Shown here piece after piece: positions 47,925 to 60,000 of a stretch of DNA of 64,000 bases (its first letter is position 1; every line of letters begins with the position of its first letter). A program made the translations under genes and the position numbers. Below the pieces are notes generated by a model. The model was not told the origin of the DNA. It did not search any database and saw only the letters and a program-made list of their open reading frames with translations. Source of the stretch: a virus; IMG/VR virus record IMGVR_UViG_3300046170_000524; one strand, given 5' to 3'.

Positions 47925-48993
47925 TAGGATACTGTTCTGTACCAGGAAAACCGCCGAATCTTAAACCTACATTATCTGTTTGATTATAATCAATTAAGCT
48001 AGGATCATCCTTAGAAAATCTTTTTTTGCAAGACTCTATACTTTTCGTACAGGCATCTTCTAGCCAATAATCTGCATTAAAAAATGGATGGAAATTTTTA
48101 GCCAACTCATGATCTTTAGCGCACACAAAAACTTTTGGCGCTGAAACGTAAGGGTTTTTAGATTTTTCGTTTACTATTTTAACCACATCATTCAATTTAT
48201 AGCCCTTTAAATTTTCTGGATTACCATTTTTACCATATTTGCTCCATTCTGGAATATCAGATATGCCATTAGAATACAGTCCCGGATCTACGCGACCCTC
48301 ACTATCCTTCGAGAAGTTTGAGGTCAATGATTTACTTGAGCCTGTTTCAATAGGTAAACCTTTGTAACCGCAACCTATTTTACATCTATAAGTCCAATTA
48401 CAATATCTAGATAAAATAACTCTAGCCGGAACCATAGAATCTTCTATCTCAAGCACAGAAGTTAATTCAAACTCTATAACAGAATTTTGCTCTCCAACTT
48501 TTTTGTTGATATAGAAAATATCATCCAAGAAGCTAGCGCCTGGATCGCTCATTCCAAAAGGATTCTTTATTAGATCATTAATATTTCTATTTAAATAATT
48601 ATTATTATCTAAAAACCCTGCATAAGTTCTTTTTCTTGTTACCTTGCACCCCAAGAAATCTTTGTTCATTTTAACTATTTTAGACAACAATCCCACTGGA
48701 GAAGCTATTCTTAATGTGGGCCTAGGCATTTTGCCGTCAGATTTATTTTCAAAGCCGGAAGCTTCTATGGGCAATGGCTGATACGCATTACCTTTCCAAT
48801 AAATAGGGTTAGTTCCATTTTGCATTGAAGAAAATCTATATATAGGCTCAGAATTAGGAGAGGTATCCAATAAAGACTCAAATTCCTCAAAAATATATTG
48901 AAGATTACTAAAATCTATTTCAAACAATTCTACCACAACATCTGGCATAATAGATACCATTTGTCTATTTAAATTTATTTCAGAGGAACCCAT
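47914..48993 (-). CDS. Minor tail protein L-like
   Basis: VELFEID...W.G..YQPLPIEASGFE...PRPTL..A...G.KVTRKRTYA.FLD...CNW.YR...CGY.G...C.K....CK.RF...FGGFPG. Confidence 0.9.
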   Translation of the reverse strand: MGSSEINLNRQMVSIMPDVVVELFEIDFSNLQYIFEEFESLLDTSPNSEPIYRFSSMQNGTNPIYWKGNAYQPLPIEASGFENKSDGKMPRPTLRIASPVGLLSKIVKMNKDFLGCKVTRKRTYAGFLDNNNYLNRNINDLIKNPFGMSDPGASFLDDIFYINKKVGEQNSVIEFELTSVLEIEDSMVPARVILSRYCNWTYRCKIGCGYKGLPIETGSSKSLTSNFSKDSEGRVDPGLYSNGISDIPEWSKYGKNGNPENLKGYKLNDVVKIVNEKSKNPYVSAPKVFVCAKDHELAKNFHPFFNADYWLEDACTKSIESCKKRFSKDDPSLIDYNQTDNVGLRFGGFPGTEQYPIER

Positions 48994-51900
48994 TATATAT
49001 TGATAGTAATTAAGCCTTGTAAATTTTCTACAGATCCGTTATTATATACGACATTAAATGAATTTGTGTAAAAATTAGCTGACCTTAAGGCTATTAACGA
49101 GTCCCCGTTTTGATTGATGATATTATTTTCATTTTGGTCTATTATATTTATAATAAATTCTTGAGATCTATACACTACATCTATATAACCTCTTTGTTTT
49201 GCGTCTAAAATTGACACCTTATTTTTCTTGAAAAACTCAACCCCAATAATATAATCTGCATAAGAAGATCCTCCTAGGAAGGAAGACGTTATAAGCCCAT
49301 CATTTCTTTGCCTGAAATGATTTACTCTATTAGCTCCAACTTTTTCATCAGAAAATGCGCCATCGCCATTATCTACAAGAGTCTTGAAAGATATCCCACC
49401 CTCATCTCCATTTGTAAAAAATTTGCTCAGCTTAATATATTTTCCGTTGAGACCAAAAGGTAAATCAGGAGAAGAAGGTAACTGTATAATATAATCTTCG
49501 TTAGTTAAGTCATTCTGAATAATCAGGGGAACTTCATCTTCTTCTTGACCAAGGATTTCGAATAGTAATTTTTCGTGTTGATCTATTATAATTGAAGACA
49601 AAGTAATTGGGGAAACCCCTTTGTTTTCAAAAAATATCCTACGTCTATGATCTCTATTCCTACTACTAGCGTCATTTCCTATAGAAAACGTTACTGGAGA
49701 AGAGAAATTTAACTCTGGTGGGTCAACTGGAGAATCATTAAATCGATTATCTATTTTTTCTGAAGAGAAATTAAACGGAACCTGCTTAAATACAGCGGTT
49801 ATAGTATGAGAATTCTTATAAACATAAGTATGATTCCATGATTCGCACACAAAATTTAATTTCCTATCATATGGAGCAGGCGGAGAGTATATAAAAGGAA
49901 TAAACCCGAGATGATCTTCCAAGAAATGAAGTACAGCATAAGCTTCGGAATCATCTCTTGATTTAAAAGATAAATTTAGCTCCAAAAGACTTTCGTTAAT
50001 TCCATCTTTGTAAAATTGAGAATAACCGTTTGTTGCAGATATTTCTGATAAATTAAATTTTTGATTAACATCTAAACCAATAGAAGGCTTCCATATAAAT
50101 TCCCTTGACCACGTATTTGTGTTTATATCTCTAAATTTTAAAAGATCATCGTCATCTCTATATTCTTCCACCGGAGGAGTATTAGCTATCGGAAAGTTGG
50201 ATATGTTATAATAATACTTATGATTACCTGTTGAGAAAACAACGTCATTATATTCATAGTATTCAGATTGATCATATTCATCAGCCCTTCTCACAAATAA
50301 GCCTTCTGATTTATTCAATATAGATGTATTAAAATTTCTCAAAGTCAAGGACAAATCATTACTATTCTCGAAATTCATTTTATGATCAATCCCTCCACAT
50401 ATAAATCTTGTCGTTTGAGCATTTAAAGAGTCATAGGGGTGAAAAGTTGAACCTCCATCCCACCTAAAACCTGATATTCCCTGAGAATATTTCAGGAAAT
50501 CTGAAGGAGCATCCTTTTCTAATTGACCTTGATGATTCTCTATAAAATGAACGATAGCGTTAGCCTCTTTATTTGTTCGATTTTTAAAATTTAATTTAGC
50601 TTCAAAACCAAGAGCATTAATAGACTTAGGGCTTCTATGGGTATATCCGTTAGAATATTCAATCATATTGTTTTCTACCTTATATGAAGCTGTTGACCCA
50701 TAATCTGCATCAAAGAAAAACACATCCGAAGCCCAGACATCTGGACTGTCAGAAGGAAACGAGTCAGTAATAGTTATATACAGTTCATTTGAAGACTTAT
50801 GTTCGTAATTCCTAATGTAGGTAGAGTCATTTATACCTTGAATTAATATCCTAGCCCTATAATCTTCTGTACTTGTTGGAACCGAAACTTCAGGATCTTC
50901 TGGTAAATTTACCTCAGGAACCTTAGACTCACTTGTTTCGTATACTGCCCTGGGCTTATTATCAGATTGTAACGTGTTAGTTATTTTATACCATTTAGAT
51001 TCGGAAAAATTATATACCCCTATAGATTCAGATTCGAGTTTAGATGTTTGCGAAGATGCCCCGGGATATCTTTGCCAAAAAGTCCACCCTAGATTTCCGA
51101 AATCAGACTTACCCTCAGATATCATAAATGCTAGACCCCTTCTCGCCAAACTATCATTAGTATAAAACCACGTTGGATTAGAATCGTCCAAAATATTAAC
51201 CTGAGACAAGTAAAAACATATTTCTCTACTTGACCCATGCAATGTAGAAAATTGAACTTTACCCAAACTTTCGTGATCAATTTGGATATCATCTATAGGT
51301 AAAGGAGTAGTTAAAGAGCTAGATGGATCACTATCGTATAAAAATCTACCAAAACCTTCTTTATCTAAACCTTCAGGGAATTGAGGGTGAGAAGATCCAT
51401 TGCTTGATTGGTAATTCTGCCATTGAGAAGATACAGAATCAAAAGAGTCCACCCATCTTACAAAATTTCTTCCATACCAATAAAAGTTATTTTTAACAAT
51501 ATTATCAGAACCAGCGTCATCGCTATCAAAGAACCAAGAGTTAGTAAAGTAATTAAGTCCGTTATTAATATCAGCTTCATTTCCGCCTAAAATCTGATTT
51601 AAACTTAAATCTGATTTAATTCTTACATCGTAATTAGTATCAATACCTTGAATGATATATTGACCATCAGAACCATTTTCCGAACCCTGCAAATCTATGG
51701 TTTGACCAATCTTAAAAGTATTACTAATTGTATCTAGTTGATTATATTCATCGATAATACTATTGGTAGGCCTACCATCAATTTTAATAGATTGATTTTC
51801 ATCAGGATACAAAGAAAATCTATTAGACCCTTCTATAGTTGCTCCACCACCCAGAACATTATCTTTTTTTGCATAATAAAACAATCCGTCCCCAGTATTA

Positions 51901-52007
51901 TAAACAAAATCAAATTTTTCATAAACTGCATTTTGATCAAAGACTCCGCTATAGTTACTAATATGGCTTTGTTGTTGATTATAAAAATGTTGATATGATG
52001 AAGTCAT
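48993..52007 (-). CDS. Minor tail protein M-like (distal tail) with two gpM-type domains and inserted modules
   Basis: Two segments of the form L.F..R...EA.A..HF.E.H.G...F...PP...; position directly upstream of L. Confidence 0.65.
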   Translation of the reverse strand: MTSSYQHFYNQQQSHISNYSGVFDQNAVYEKFDFVYNTGDGLFYYAKKDNVLGGGATIEGSNRFSLYPDENQSIKIDGRPTNSIIDEYNQLDTISNTFKIGQTIDLQGSENGSDGQYIIQGIDTNYDVRIKSDLSLNQILGGNEADINNGLNYFTNSWFFDSDDAGSDNIVKNNFYWYGRNFVRWVDSFDSVSSQWQNYQSSNGSSHPQFPEGLDKEGFGRFLYDSDPSSSLTTPLPIDDIQIDHESLGKVQFSTLHGSSREICFYLSQVNILDDSNPTWFYTNDSLARRGLAFMISEGKSDFGNLGWTFWQRYPGASSQTSKLESESIGVYNFSESKWYKITNTLQSDNKPRAVYETSESKVPEVNLPEDPEVSVPTSTEDYRARILIQGINDSTYIRNYEHKSSNELYITITDSFPSDSPDVWASDVFFFDADYGSTASYKVENNMIEYSNGYTHRSPKSINALGFEAKLNFKNRTNKEANAIVHFIENHQGQLEKDAPSDFLKYSQGISGFRWDGGSTFHPYDSLNAQTTRFICGGIDHKMNFENSNDLSLTLRNFNTSILNKSEGLFVRRADEYDQSEYYEYNDVVFSTGNHKYYYNISNFPIANTPPVEEYRDDDDLLKFRDINTNTWSREFIWKPSIGLDVNQKFNLSEISATNGYSQFYKDGINESLLELNLSFKSRDDSEAYAVLHFLEDHLGFIPFIYSPPAPYDRKLNFVCESWNHTYVYKNSHTITAVFKQVPFNFSSEKIDNRFNDSPVDPPELNFSSPVTFSIGNDASSRNRDHRRRIFFENKGVSPITLSSIIIDQHEKLLFEILGQEEDEVPLIIQNDLTNEDYIIQLPSSPDLPFGLNGKYIKLSKFFTNGDEGGISFKTLVDNGDGAFSDEKVGANRVNHFRQRNDGLITSSFLGGSSYADYIIGVEFFKKNKVSILDAKQRGYIDVVYRSQEFIINIIDQNENNIINQNGDSLIALRSANFYTNSFNVVYNNGSVENLQGLITINI

Positions 52008-52924
52008 TATTTAATAATCTCTGTTATTGTTATTTGCGAGGAAGATCGACCCCCTTCTTCCATAGATATAGATTGCCCTTGTATTTTTCCATCTACAGAA
52101 AATTTAGCTAACTTATTTCCGTTTAAACCATACAAATAAGCAGATATTCTAGAATTAGCTATATTATCAACAGTATTCAGTCCCTGATAATCTCCAAATA
52201 TATTCATATCATCAATAATTTCATTAGCAGTGACAGACATTTCAGACTCTATTTTTTCTATTGAAACTCTGTGAGGAACAGGTCCGTCAGAATCCGTCAT
52301 GATATAACTGCTTTCGTTTTCTCTTATTTTGTGACTTTCTTTTCTTTCAATTTTTGCAGCATACTTTAATGAAGAAATCTCGAATTGACCACCAATTAAG
52401 TTATCTGCATCTATACTTGAGATTTTTACGTTCCCAAAAGATTTAATAGAATGAGCGAAATCAACAATATTTTTCCTAAACCTTCTACCAACAGACCTTC
52501 TAATAGTTCCATATATATCATATTCGGCAGAGGCAGATATAACAGAAAAAGGAGTCATTGAAAAAGAAAAAGACTTTAAGTACATATTATTAAATGAATA
52601 TCTTCCTACCTCATTATTATGTATAGGATCTTCAGACATTCCAGCCTTAATATCAAAAAGCCTATCAATAGAATTAGCAGCCCCATCTTGAGCAAATGTT
52701 TCTGCTGATATATAAAAACTGATAGATAGAGAACCTTTTAATCCGCCACTAGGAGAATATTTCAAAAACTCTGTTTTAGCGCCTGCGATAGATAAATCAA
52801 GATCTCCATAAACTCTTTCCGCTTCTAATGATGGGCGAATAGATAAAGATGCACTACTAACCATAATATTTTGACCATTTAACGTGATCTTTCCGTCTTC
52901 AAATCTTAAAAAAGGATTTTTCAT
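52007..52924 (-). CDS. Putative tail-tube-fold/tail hub protein
   Basis: Alternating beta-strand pattern (G.LSISFY, MYLKSFSFSM...ASAEYDIYG); lies between TMP and gpM. Confidence 0.4.
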   Translation of the reverse strand: MKNPFLRFEDGKITLNGQNIMVSSASLSIRPSLEAERVYGDLDLSIAGAKTEFLKYSPSGGLKGSLSISFYISAETFAQDGAANSIDRLFDIKAGMSEDPIHNNEVGRYSFNNMYLKSFSFSMTPFSVISASAEYDIYGTIRRSVGRRFRKNIVDFAHSIKSFGNVKISSIDADNLIGGQFEISSLKYAAKIERKESHKIRENESSYIMTDSDGPVPHRVSIEKIESEMSVTANEIIDDMNIFGDYQGLNTVDNIANSRISAYLYGLNGNKLAKFSVDGKIQGQSISMEEGGRSSSQITITEIIK

Positions 52925-54051
52925 GATACTGGATTATGATAGGTGTCATAACCTTTATATGTTAAAGATATAGACATTTCGCCTTCTACAGAAGAATTAA
53001 TAGATTCTCCTATAAGCCTAATATTATTGCCAGTAAAAGAATTAATAACTACATCCCTCTGAGAGTCTCTTAATTCTATTTCTATACTGCTCTTTGGAGC
53101 AGATTGAATACGATCTTTAATTTCTCTTATTTCATACTCATCTGCGATCATTGTAAAATTAATGTTAGTCTCAATAGGGTATTGAGTTTCTACCTGAACT
53201 GGCTCTAGGTTCTTATAAGTTGGCTCATTATTAACAGTCCAATCCTCATCATCTCCTTTTGGTAGTGCATATATAGGATTCAAGCTTAGTGACCTACTAT
53301 AACTAAAGTCGCTGATAGCATCAACCTCGAAATCACTAACCTTTAGTTTTATCGTTGACTGATCAGTAAAACTAATATCAGGATGTTCTTTGTATGCAAT
53401 TTCTGATAAATTATAAGGCACAATTTCAAAGGCGTCTTGACCTAACCCTAAGATAGTATTACCCTCAATAGTTCTTGATTTTGGATATAAACTTGAATAC
53501 AGAGCATCGTGAATAGATAATTCTTTTTTAAAAAAATAATCATAAAGATTAGGTCTACCATCAATTAAAATTTGGCCAAAGTTATCAGTATAAAATACTT
53601 GATCCCCATTAAAATATTCCATATGATCTTCTTTTAAAACATAAGATACAGTTTTCATTACATTTTTACCAAGCTCTCCATATACAGTAATATCAGTCTG
53701 TATCTCAGGAATTTGTCCTACAGAACAAGATATAGAATAATTATTTACTCTACCTTTTTTAAAACCAAACCCCTTTCTATTATTGTCGTACAAAATAACA
53801 CCATTAATATCATCTTCATCAAATGAATACTTACCTAAAGCGTTTGTCTCTAATAAAGGGTCAAAGCTCACCATTTGACGTGATATAGAAAAATTACCTT
53901 CTAATGGTTTCTGAATTAACGCATCTATGAAACCCACACCAGCCACTTTAATTGTCTTTTCACTTATTCCGTAATTTCCATCGATACTAGTAACACCAGA
54001 TAAGGCGCAACCATTAACAACAATAGTTTGTTCGTAATTAGAGTAACTCAT
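52921..54051 (-). CDS. Putative tail-tube-fold/tail hub protein (start revised to ATG 54051)
   Basis: Begins 1 nt after the corrected TMP stop (TAG-G-ATG); similar strand pattern to the neighbour (VNNYSISCSVG.IP...ITVYG). Confidence 0.45.
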   Translation of the reverse strand: MSYSNYEQTIVVNGCALSGVTSIDGNYGISEKTIKVAGVGFIDALIQKPLEGNFSISRQMVSFDPLLETNALGKYSFDEDDINGVILYDNNRKGFGFKKGRVNNYSISCSVGQIPEIQTDITVYGELGKNVMKTVSYVLKEDHMEYFNGDQVFYTDNFGQILIDGRPNLYDYFFKKELSIHDALYSSLYPKSRTIEGNTILGLGQDAFEIVPYNLSEIAYKEHPDISFTDQSTIKLKVSDFEVDAISDFSYSRSLSLNPIYALPKGDDEDWTVNNEPTYKNLEPVQVETQYPIETNINFTMIADEYEIREIKDRIQSAPKSSIEIELRDSQRDVVINSFTGNNIRLIGESINSSVEGEMSISLTYKGYDTYHNPVS

Positions 54052-54052
54052 C

Positions 54053-57000
54053 CTACTTAGTATCCTGCAGTAACCCTCCAGGTTTTTGCTCCTCAACGAT
54101 AACAGATAAAACTTGCATTTTTATTTTTTCAGTAAACTCCTTCATTCTTTCTCTTTGATCCTTGGAGTCGCCATTCCCCATCCTGAGATTGCTCTTCTGA
54201 TTTCTTACCTGATTTATCGAGGTTTAAAGTTATATTAATATTATTAGTAGATGACGAAGAACTATCCCGAGATCCACTTGAGCCATCCCCGACCAATCCG
54301 CCATCATAAAATTTACCAGCATTTATTTTATCTAATAAAGGCTTACCCATTTGCCTAACAGAATTAGCTTTTATGACATATTCTCCTTCGCTAAGCATCG
54401 CTGGAATTTGGTCGATCCCAGATTTGCCGTTAATCATGCCACCTGATGCATATTTTTTTACCGACCCCCCACTGGAGAACGGATCAATTTTGTAAGGATT
54501 AAAGCCTAACCTATTTGTCATAGAATCAAATTGAGCAGGAGCATCAAAATTAAAAGCTCCTTCTGGCATTCTACTTATGGTGTCAGCCCCTAAACCCATT
54601 TTATCACCACCGCCACCACCAAATAATCCCCCTTCAAATGCGGCATTTATCCCAAAACTCAATCCAGCAGATAATGCAGTACCCAACAGTTGATTTCTTA
54701 GAGCCTTCTTTTTCATTTTTTTCTGCAAAGCTTCCATTTTTCGCTTCTTTTCTTCTCGTAAAATCTCATTCATGGAATCAACGTCTTCTTGAATCGCGAC
54801 GCTTTCTGCTTGACCACTATAGAAGAATCCAGACATCGGCATACTTTGATAAGCTCTGCCAGAATCTACACCTTTACCAGGACCAAAATTTGCAGCCAAT
54901 GCAGACCCAGGAGCAGGACCTCCCGCAGAAAACCTTTTTACTGCCCCCACTCCGTAACTACCAAAACCGTAACTTTTATAACTTGTATCTATCGGTTTAT
55001 TTTTTATAAAATCAGGTAATAAATAATTAGGGCTACCCTTTTGCCACCACTTATTAGGCGTAGCGTAATCAAAAGGATTTACCTTAGGATTATTTATTTT
55101 ATCCGTTAAGTAATTATATTTAGCTTCAATTTTTGGGATCTCAAGAGAAGTTCTGGCATTTCTAATTTCCAAGTCTTTTTGTTTAACTAAAGACTTTCTT
55201 GTTTCTTCAAAAATATTAGCATTTTTATTCACAGGAAAGTCGGGTAAAGAAGCGGAGCCTGTTTTAATTGGCGAACTAAAAGCCTCTGCCAAGCCGATCT
55301 GAGAGCCTGACTTAATTGGCGAACTAAAAGCTTCGGCTAAACTAGTTTTTTTAATTGTTGATTGTTGTAAGTTTTTTAATTGAGCTTTTTGATATTCTTG
55401 CTGGAAAAGTTTCATATTCTTTTCGTTTTGAAAGAAATCCATCATACGATCCTTAAAATTTCTTGGAGGAAGAACGCTAAACTGAGGTTGAGGAGAGAAA
55501 AAGCTTTCTAATGAATTTACTGATCCTCCAGAATTATATTTTGGAACCTTACCTCTGGCATTTATTTGATGCATAAAATTAGAGCCGTATTTATTAACCG
55601 CCCTTCTATTCATGACATATTCTCCATTAGAAACCATAGCGGGAACACCTCCTCCATTAGAGTAATTTCTAACATTCCCTCCTGAAGATAAGCCTATTGC
55701 CCCTACAACTGTATTAGCTGCGGAAGTTAAAAACGCGCCTTGCATAGCTTGCAAAAATCCCATAGCAACACCTTGCAGCGCATCACCTAAATCTTTACTA
55801 CTATCTATCGCTGCATCCATGGCGGTCACAAGTCCATCACGAAAATGAGTTGCGGTTATTGTACCCAATTGGTAATCTAATCTGCTAGCATCATCCAACA
55901 TTTTATCAGATGCGTCAGTGAAACCACCAGAAAAAGATGCTTCATGCTTAATTTGTTCTGCAGCTATTTGTTTTTCTAGAGAAAGCTGTTTTATTTTTTG
56001 ATCAACAATAACATCATTTGTTACCCTGATTTGCTCACTTCGGTCTTCACTTTTTTGAAGTTCTACATTTAATTCTTTTTCTAGTTGAGCTTTCGTTTTA
56101 CCTTTGTCATCTTTGTAATCATCTTTTTTAGATTCTAAAGCTTTTTGCCTTTGAGTTAAATCCAATCGCTTTTCAGCTTCTTTACTTTCTTCTATTAGTT
56201 GATTTTTTCTAATTTCAGCTATTTGATAATTTAAATCTATTTCTTTTTCTCTAAATTTTATATCGTGACTCTCTTGTATTCGTTTATAATCAGGGCCATC
56301 AGAAAGAGTGCGTTGCAGTTTTGCGGTTTTCCTAGCTTCATTACTGATTTTGTCTCCTAATGCCATCGTCCTAATATAATCTTGGTGAGCTTCTTTTTGC
56401 TTCTTTATTGCATCAAGTCTATTGGCAACAAGATTATTTATCTCTTTTTCCTTGTCAGCCCTTTCTCCAGCTAACTCTTTCTCTTTTTCTGCAAGGTCAA
56501 CGGAGTTTTTCTTTGCGGTGATAAAATTTTCTATTTGTAATTTAATTTCAACACCAACCTTGAGTTGATTATATAAATTTATTAACTCTTCTTCAGTTAA
56601 TTTTGCTAACTCTTTTTCTAGCTCCATCTTTTCAGCTAGAGCTTTCTTTTCTTCGTCGCTCTTATCAGAAAAGCCCTCTTCTCTTTCAAGCAGCGCTTGC
56701 TTTAAAGCATTTTTGGTTGTATTATCTCCAGCAGCTATTCCCATAAGCTGCTCTTTCAAGAGGTTCGATGCAGAATCTTCTTTGAGAGCTAGTTGTTCAG
56801 AGGCTTTATTTAAAGCTTCTTGGTATTTAATTTCTGATTTTTGCCGTTCTGTCAAAAATTCACCGCCAAGAGAAGTTAGAGCTTTTAAATCTATTTGTTG
56901 TTTATCATATTCATCTTTTATCTTTAACTGGCTCATCGCCGCCGCTTTTTGAGCTTTTAATTGAGCTTTTTGGAGATTAAGTTGAAGAATAATCCCTGCA

Positions 57001-60000
57001 TTTTGTTTTGACAAGGATCGATTAGCTTCTTCCTCCAGCAATAGACGCTTAGCATCTATATCAGATTTAGATTTCTTAAAGTCCTCAAGAGGCAACCCTT
57101 CTATCATATTCGCATATTCCGAACCAGTAAAAATTTTATTCTTTTTATCTTCAGGATCAAGAAGATTCTGACTTATAATTTTTTGATCTGCAGGTAATTC
57201 TCTAAATAAATTTGCGAAGTTCTTTCTTTCTAATCTGGTTCTTTCATCTTTTAATGCCGCTTTCTCTAATTCCATGGCAAATTTCTTTGGATTCATATTG
57301 AAGGACTCAAATTGTTTAGATTGAAAACTAGGATACGAAGCCTTAGCGGCGACTAGAAGAGGGTCTTTTTCTTTTTTATATACAAGCCCACTTCTATTTT
57401 TGAATTCATCAATCAATCCTTGAGTTGTTTTTCGCTTGAAAGCAACTGGAGCAGCTTTAGATAGTCTATCTTTAACATCTTGATCGGAAAATTCTTTCAA
57501 TTTACCCATTTTAGCTGCTTGACTGACAACATTCATTACATCCTGATTAGAAGTTATAGAAGTAGATATACGCATAGATCTAACTCTAGCTTCTTCCTTA
57601 ATAGCTTCCTCGCTTTCATCTAAAGCTCCCGTAAGGCCAGATATTGCCCCAATTACTCCGCCGATTGCCGTACCAAGAGGTCCAAACATCATACCCATGG
57701 CAGCGCCTGTACCTGCGCCCATCAAGGCCCCACCAGCAGCATAACTTCCTCCTTGCATTCTTTGAACTCTTTCTCGCTCGGTTTCTCCTTGCCTCCCTTC
57801 TTGCAAAAAGCCAGCAATCATTGGGGCTCCCATCATCAACCCCATACCTCCAAATCCAGATAGCCCTCTTCCAACTGCATTGTTTGAAAAAGCTTGGTTA
57901 GCGTTGATAGCTTTTTGCGTTAGACCTCCAGCTCTAGCAACAACCCCCATTTTTTTAGTAGATTCTGCAGCCATTTTTGACGCATAAGCTTGATCTTGAA
58001 GATTTCTCGTTAATTGTTTTTCAACGCCTTGCAATCTTTTAGTTACATCTTTTCCAGACTTCTTTAGTTGGTTAAGTTCTTTTTGTTCTTTAAGTAATTT
58101 TTTATTTTCAACATTTAATTCTTTTTGTAATTCGGCTGCGGACTTATATTCATCTCTTCCTGCACTAAAATCAGATAAAAAGTTTGAAGCGTAATTAGGC
58201 ACATATCCTTTTGCTCCAAATACATCTTTTAATCCGTTTGGTTCGTCTCTTGTATTAGTTACTCCAAGACCGATTGGATTACCTTTATTCATTAGAGCTG
58301 GATGTGTTCCTACTCTGATTTGAGAAACGGGGAATTCCTGCGTCACGCTCTCTACCTATTGCATCAGATAATGGGTTTGCGAAATTAGGAATGTAACCGT
58401 TCAGCGTGACCTTGATAGATCTGATTTATTACCTTTCTTAGGGTATATTAGTTGCTGCAGCAGAAGTATACTTCATCTCAATAGCGCTCAGCGAATCATT
58501 ACCGACCATGAAATTACTTAAAATTCTTGCGTCTTTTCCAAGAAAATCAAAAGCAGCTTGTTCATTATCAACTTTATTACCTCCGAGCGCAGCTCGTAAA
58601 GAAGCTTCGTATAAATCCCCTAAAGCTCCAGCTCCAACATGTTTGGTTACGTCTTTTACTCCTCCAGAATTTTCACCTAATATTTTTTTTTGTAAAGTCT
58701 GTGCGAACCTAGACAAACCATTTTTTATTTCATCTGAAATAACATTTCTAACTTTTTGAGTTTCTGCGAGATTTTGATCTCTTTTAGCTGCCTCTATGTC
58801 TCCAGAAGTGATAGGATCTAGCGCTTTAGTGGGTAATGATACTTTTAGTGTTTTAGAGTTTAAATGTTTCGTTGCGGTTTTAAAATCTAAACCAGTCATT
58901 TTAGCGTAATTAGCAGCAAGTCTATCTTTTTTAGATTTTGAGTTATTCCGCTGATAGGCATACTATAACTTTTCGCGTTAAACCTTCAGGTCCGGCTCCT
59001 AAAATTACGCCCATACTTTTAATACCTGTTAGACCAAGAGGTTTTGCAAATTTATTTAAATCAATAACAGGATTACCGGTTTTTTGGTTTTCAAAAATTT
59101 TTTCTCTCGACGAGGTTTTCTTGCCCATGGTCATAGATTGAAAAGTAAAAGTATCTTCTGGATCCAGGAAATTTTTTATTAAAGTTCGGAATGTATCCTT
59201 TAGCTGCGTATGGATCAAATCCATGCACAGGAACCAAACGCTTGCTGATAATTTTTGCCTGCCTTACTAGATAAAGGAGGCATTATTGCTGGTTGACTTA
59301 ATCCTGAGAATGTTTTAACTTTTTCTGCGCTATTATAAATAACAGATCCTTCGCCAGGCATATCCATTGATCGAATACTTCCTGCGGCATATCCACCACG
59401 AGCAGCCTGTTCTCTTTCTGGGTTCGCAAAATTTGGTATATGACCGTAAGCACGGCCTCTGCGAGGTGTTAGGTTTGCTCCAAAGCCTTTCGAGTATAAT
59501 GTAGCTGCACTGCTTTTAGCGACAGAGTCGAGCATTTTTGCTTCAGCTACTTGAGCTCTTAAAAGTCCAAGAATTATTTTTTCTTTTTCTGTTCGAGAAA
59601 TGTCTGTGCGCAACATTTCTTTACTTAATTCAGAACTTCTTCCAAACAGTCCTACAAGAGATGTTTGAATTGCTTTTTGTTTCTGAGCTTCGCTAGTTAC
59701 TCCAATTAATGAAGTTAAACTTTCTTTAGCGAAACTTGCAGCTTTTAAAAATAACTTACCGAATACGGCTGTTATAATAACTAAACCTGGACCACTAATT
59801 ACATTACCCAATCCTTTTAAAAACCCATTAGCAAATTTATTCCCGCTTCCTTCTCCGTCCCCTAAAATTCCAGACAAGCCTTCTGCTCCACTTTTTACTA
59901 TATTTAAAACTTTTTCAATTCCTGGGGCAAGCATTATCTCTCCGATTTGAGCAGATACCTGTTTAATTGCCAACCCAGTTTCGGTTGCAACTGCCGCCAT

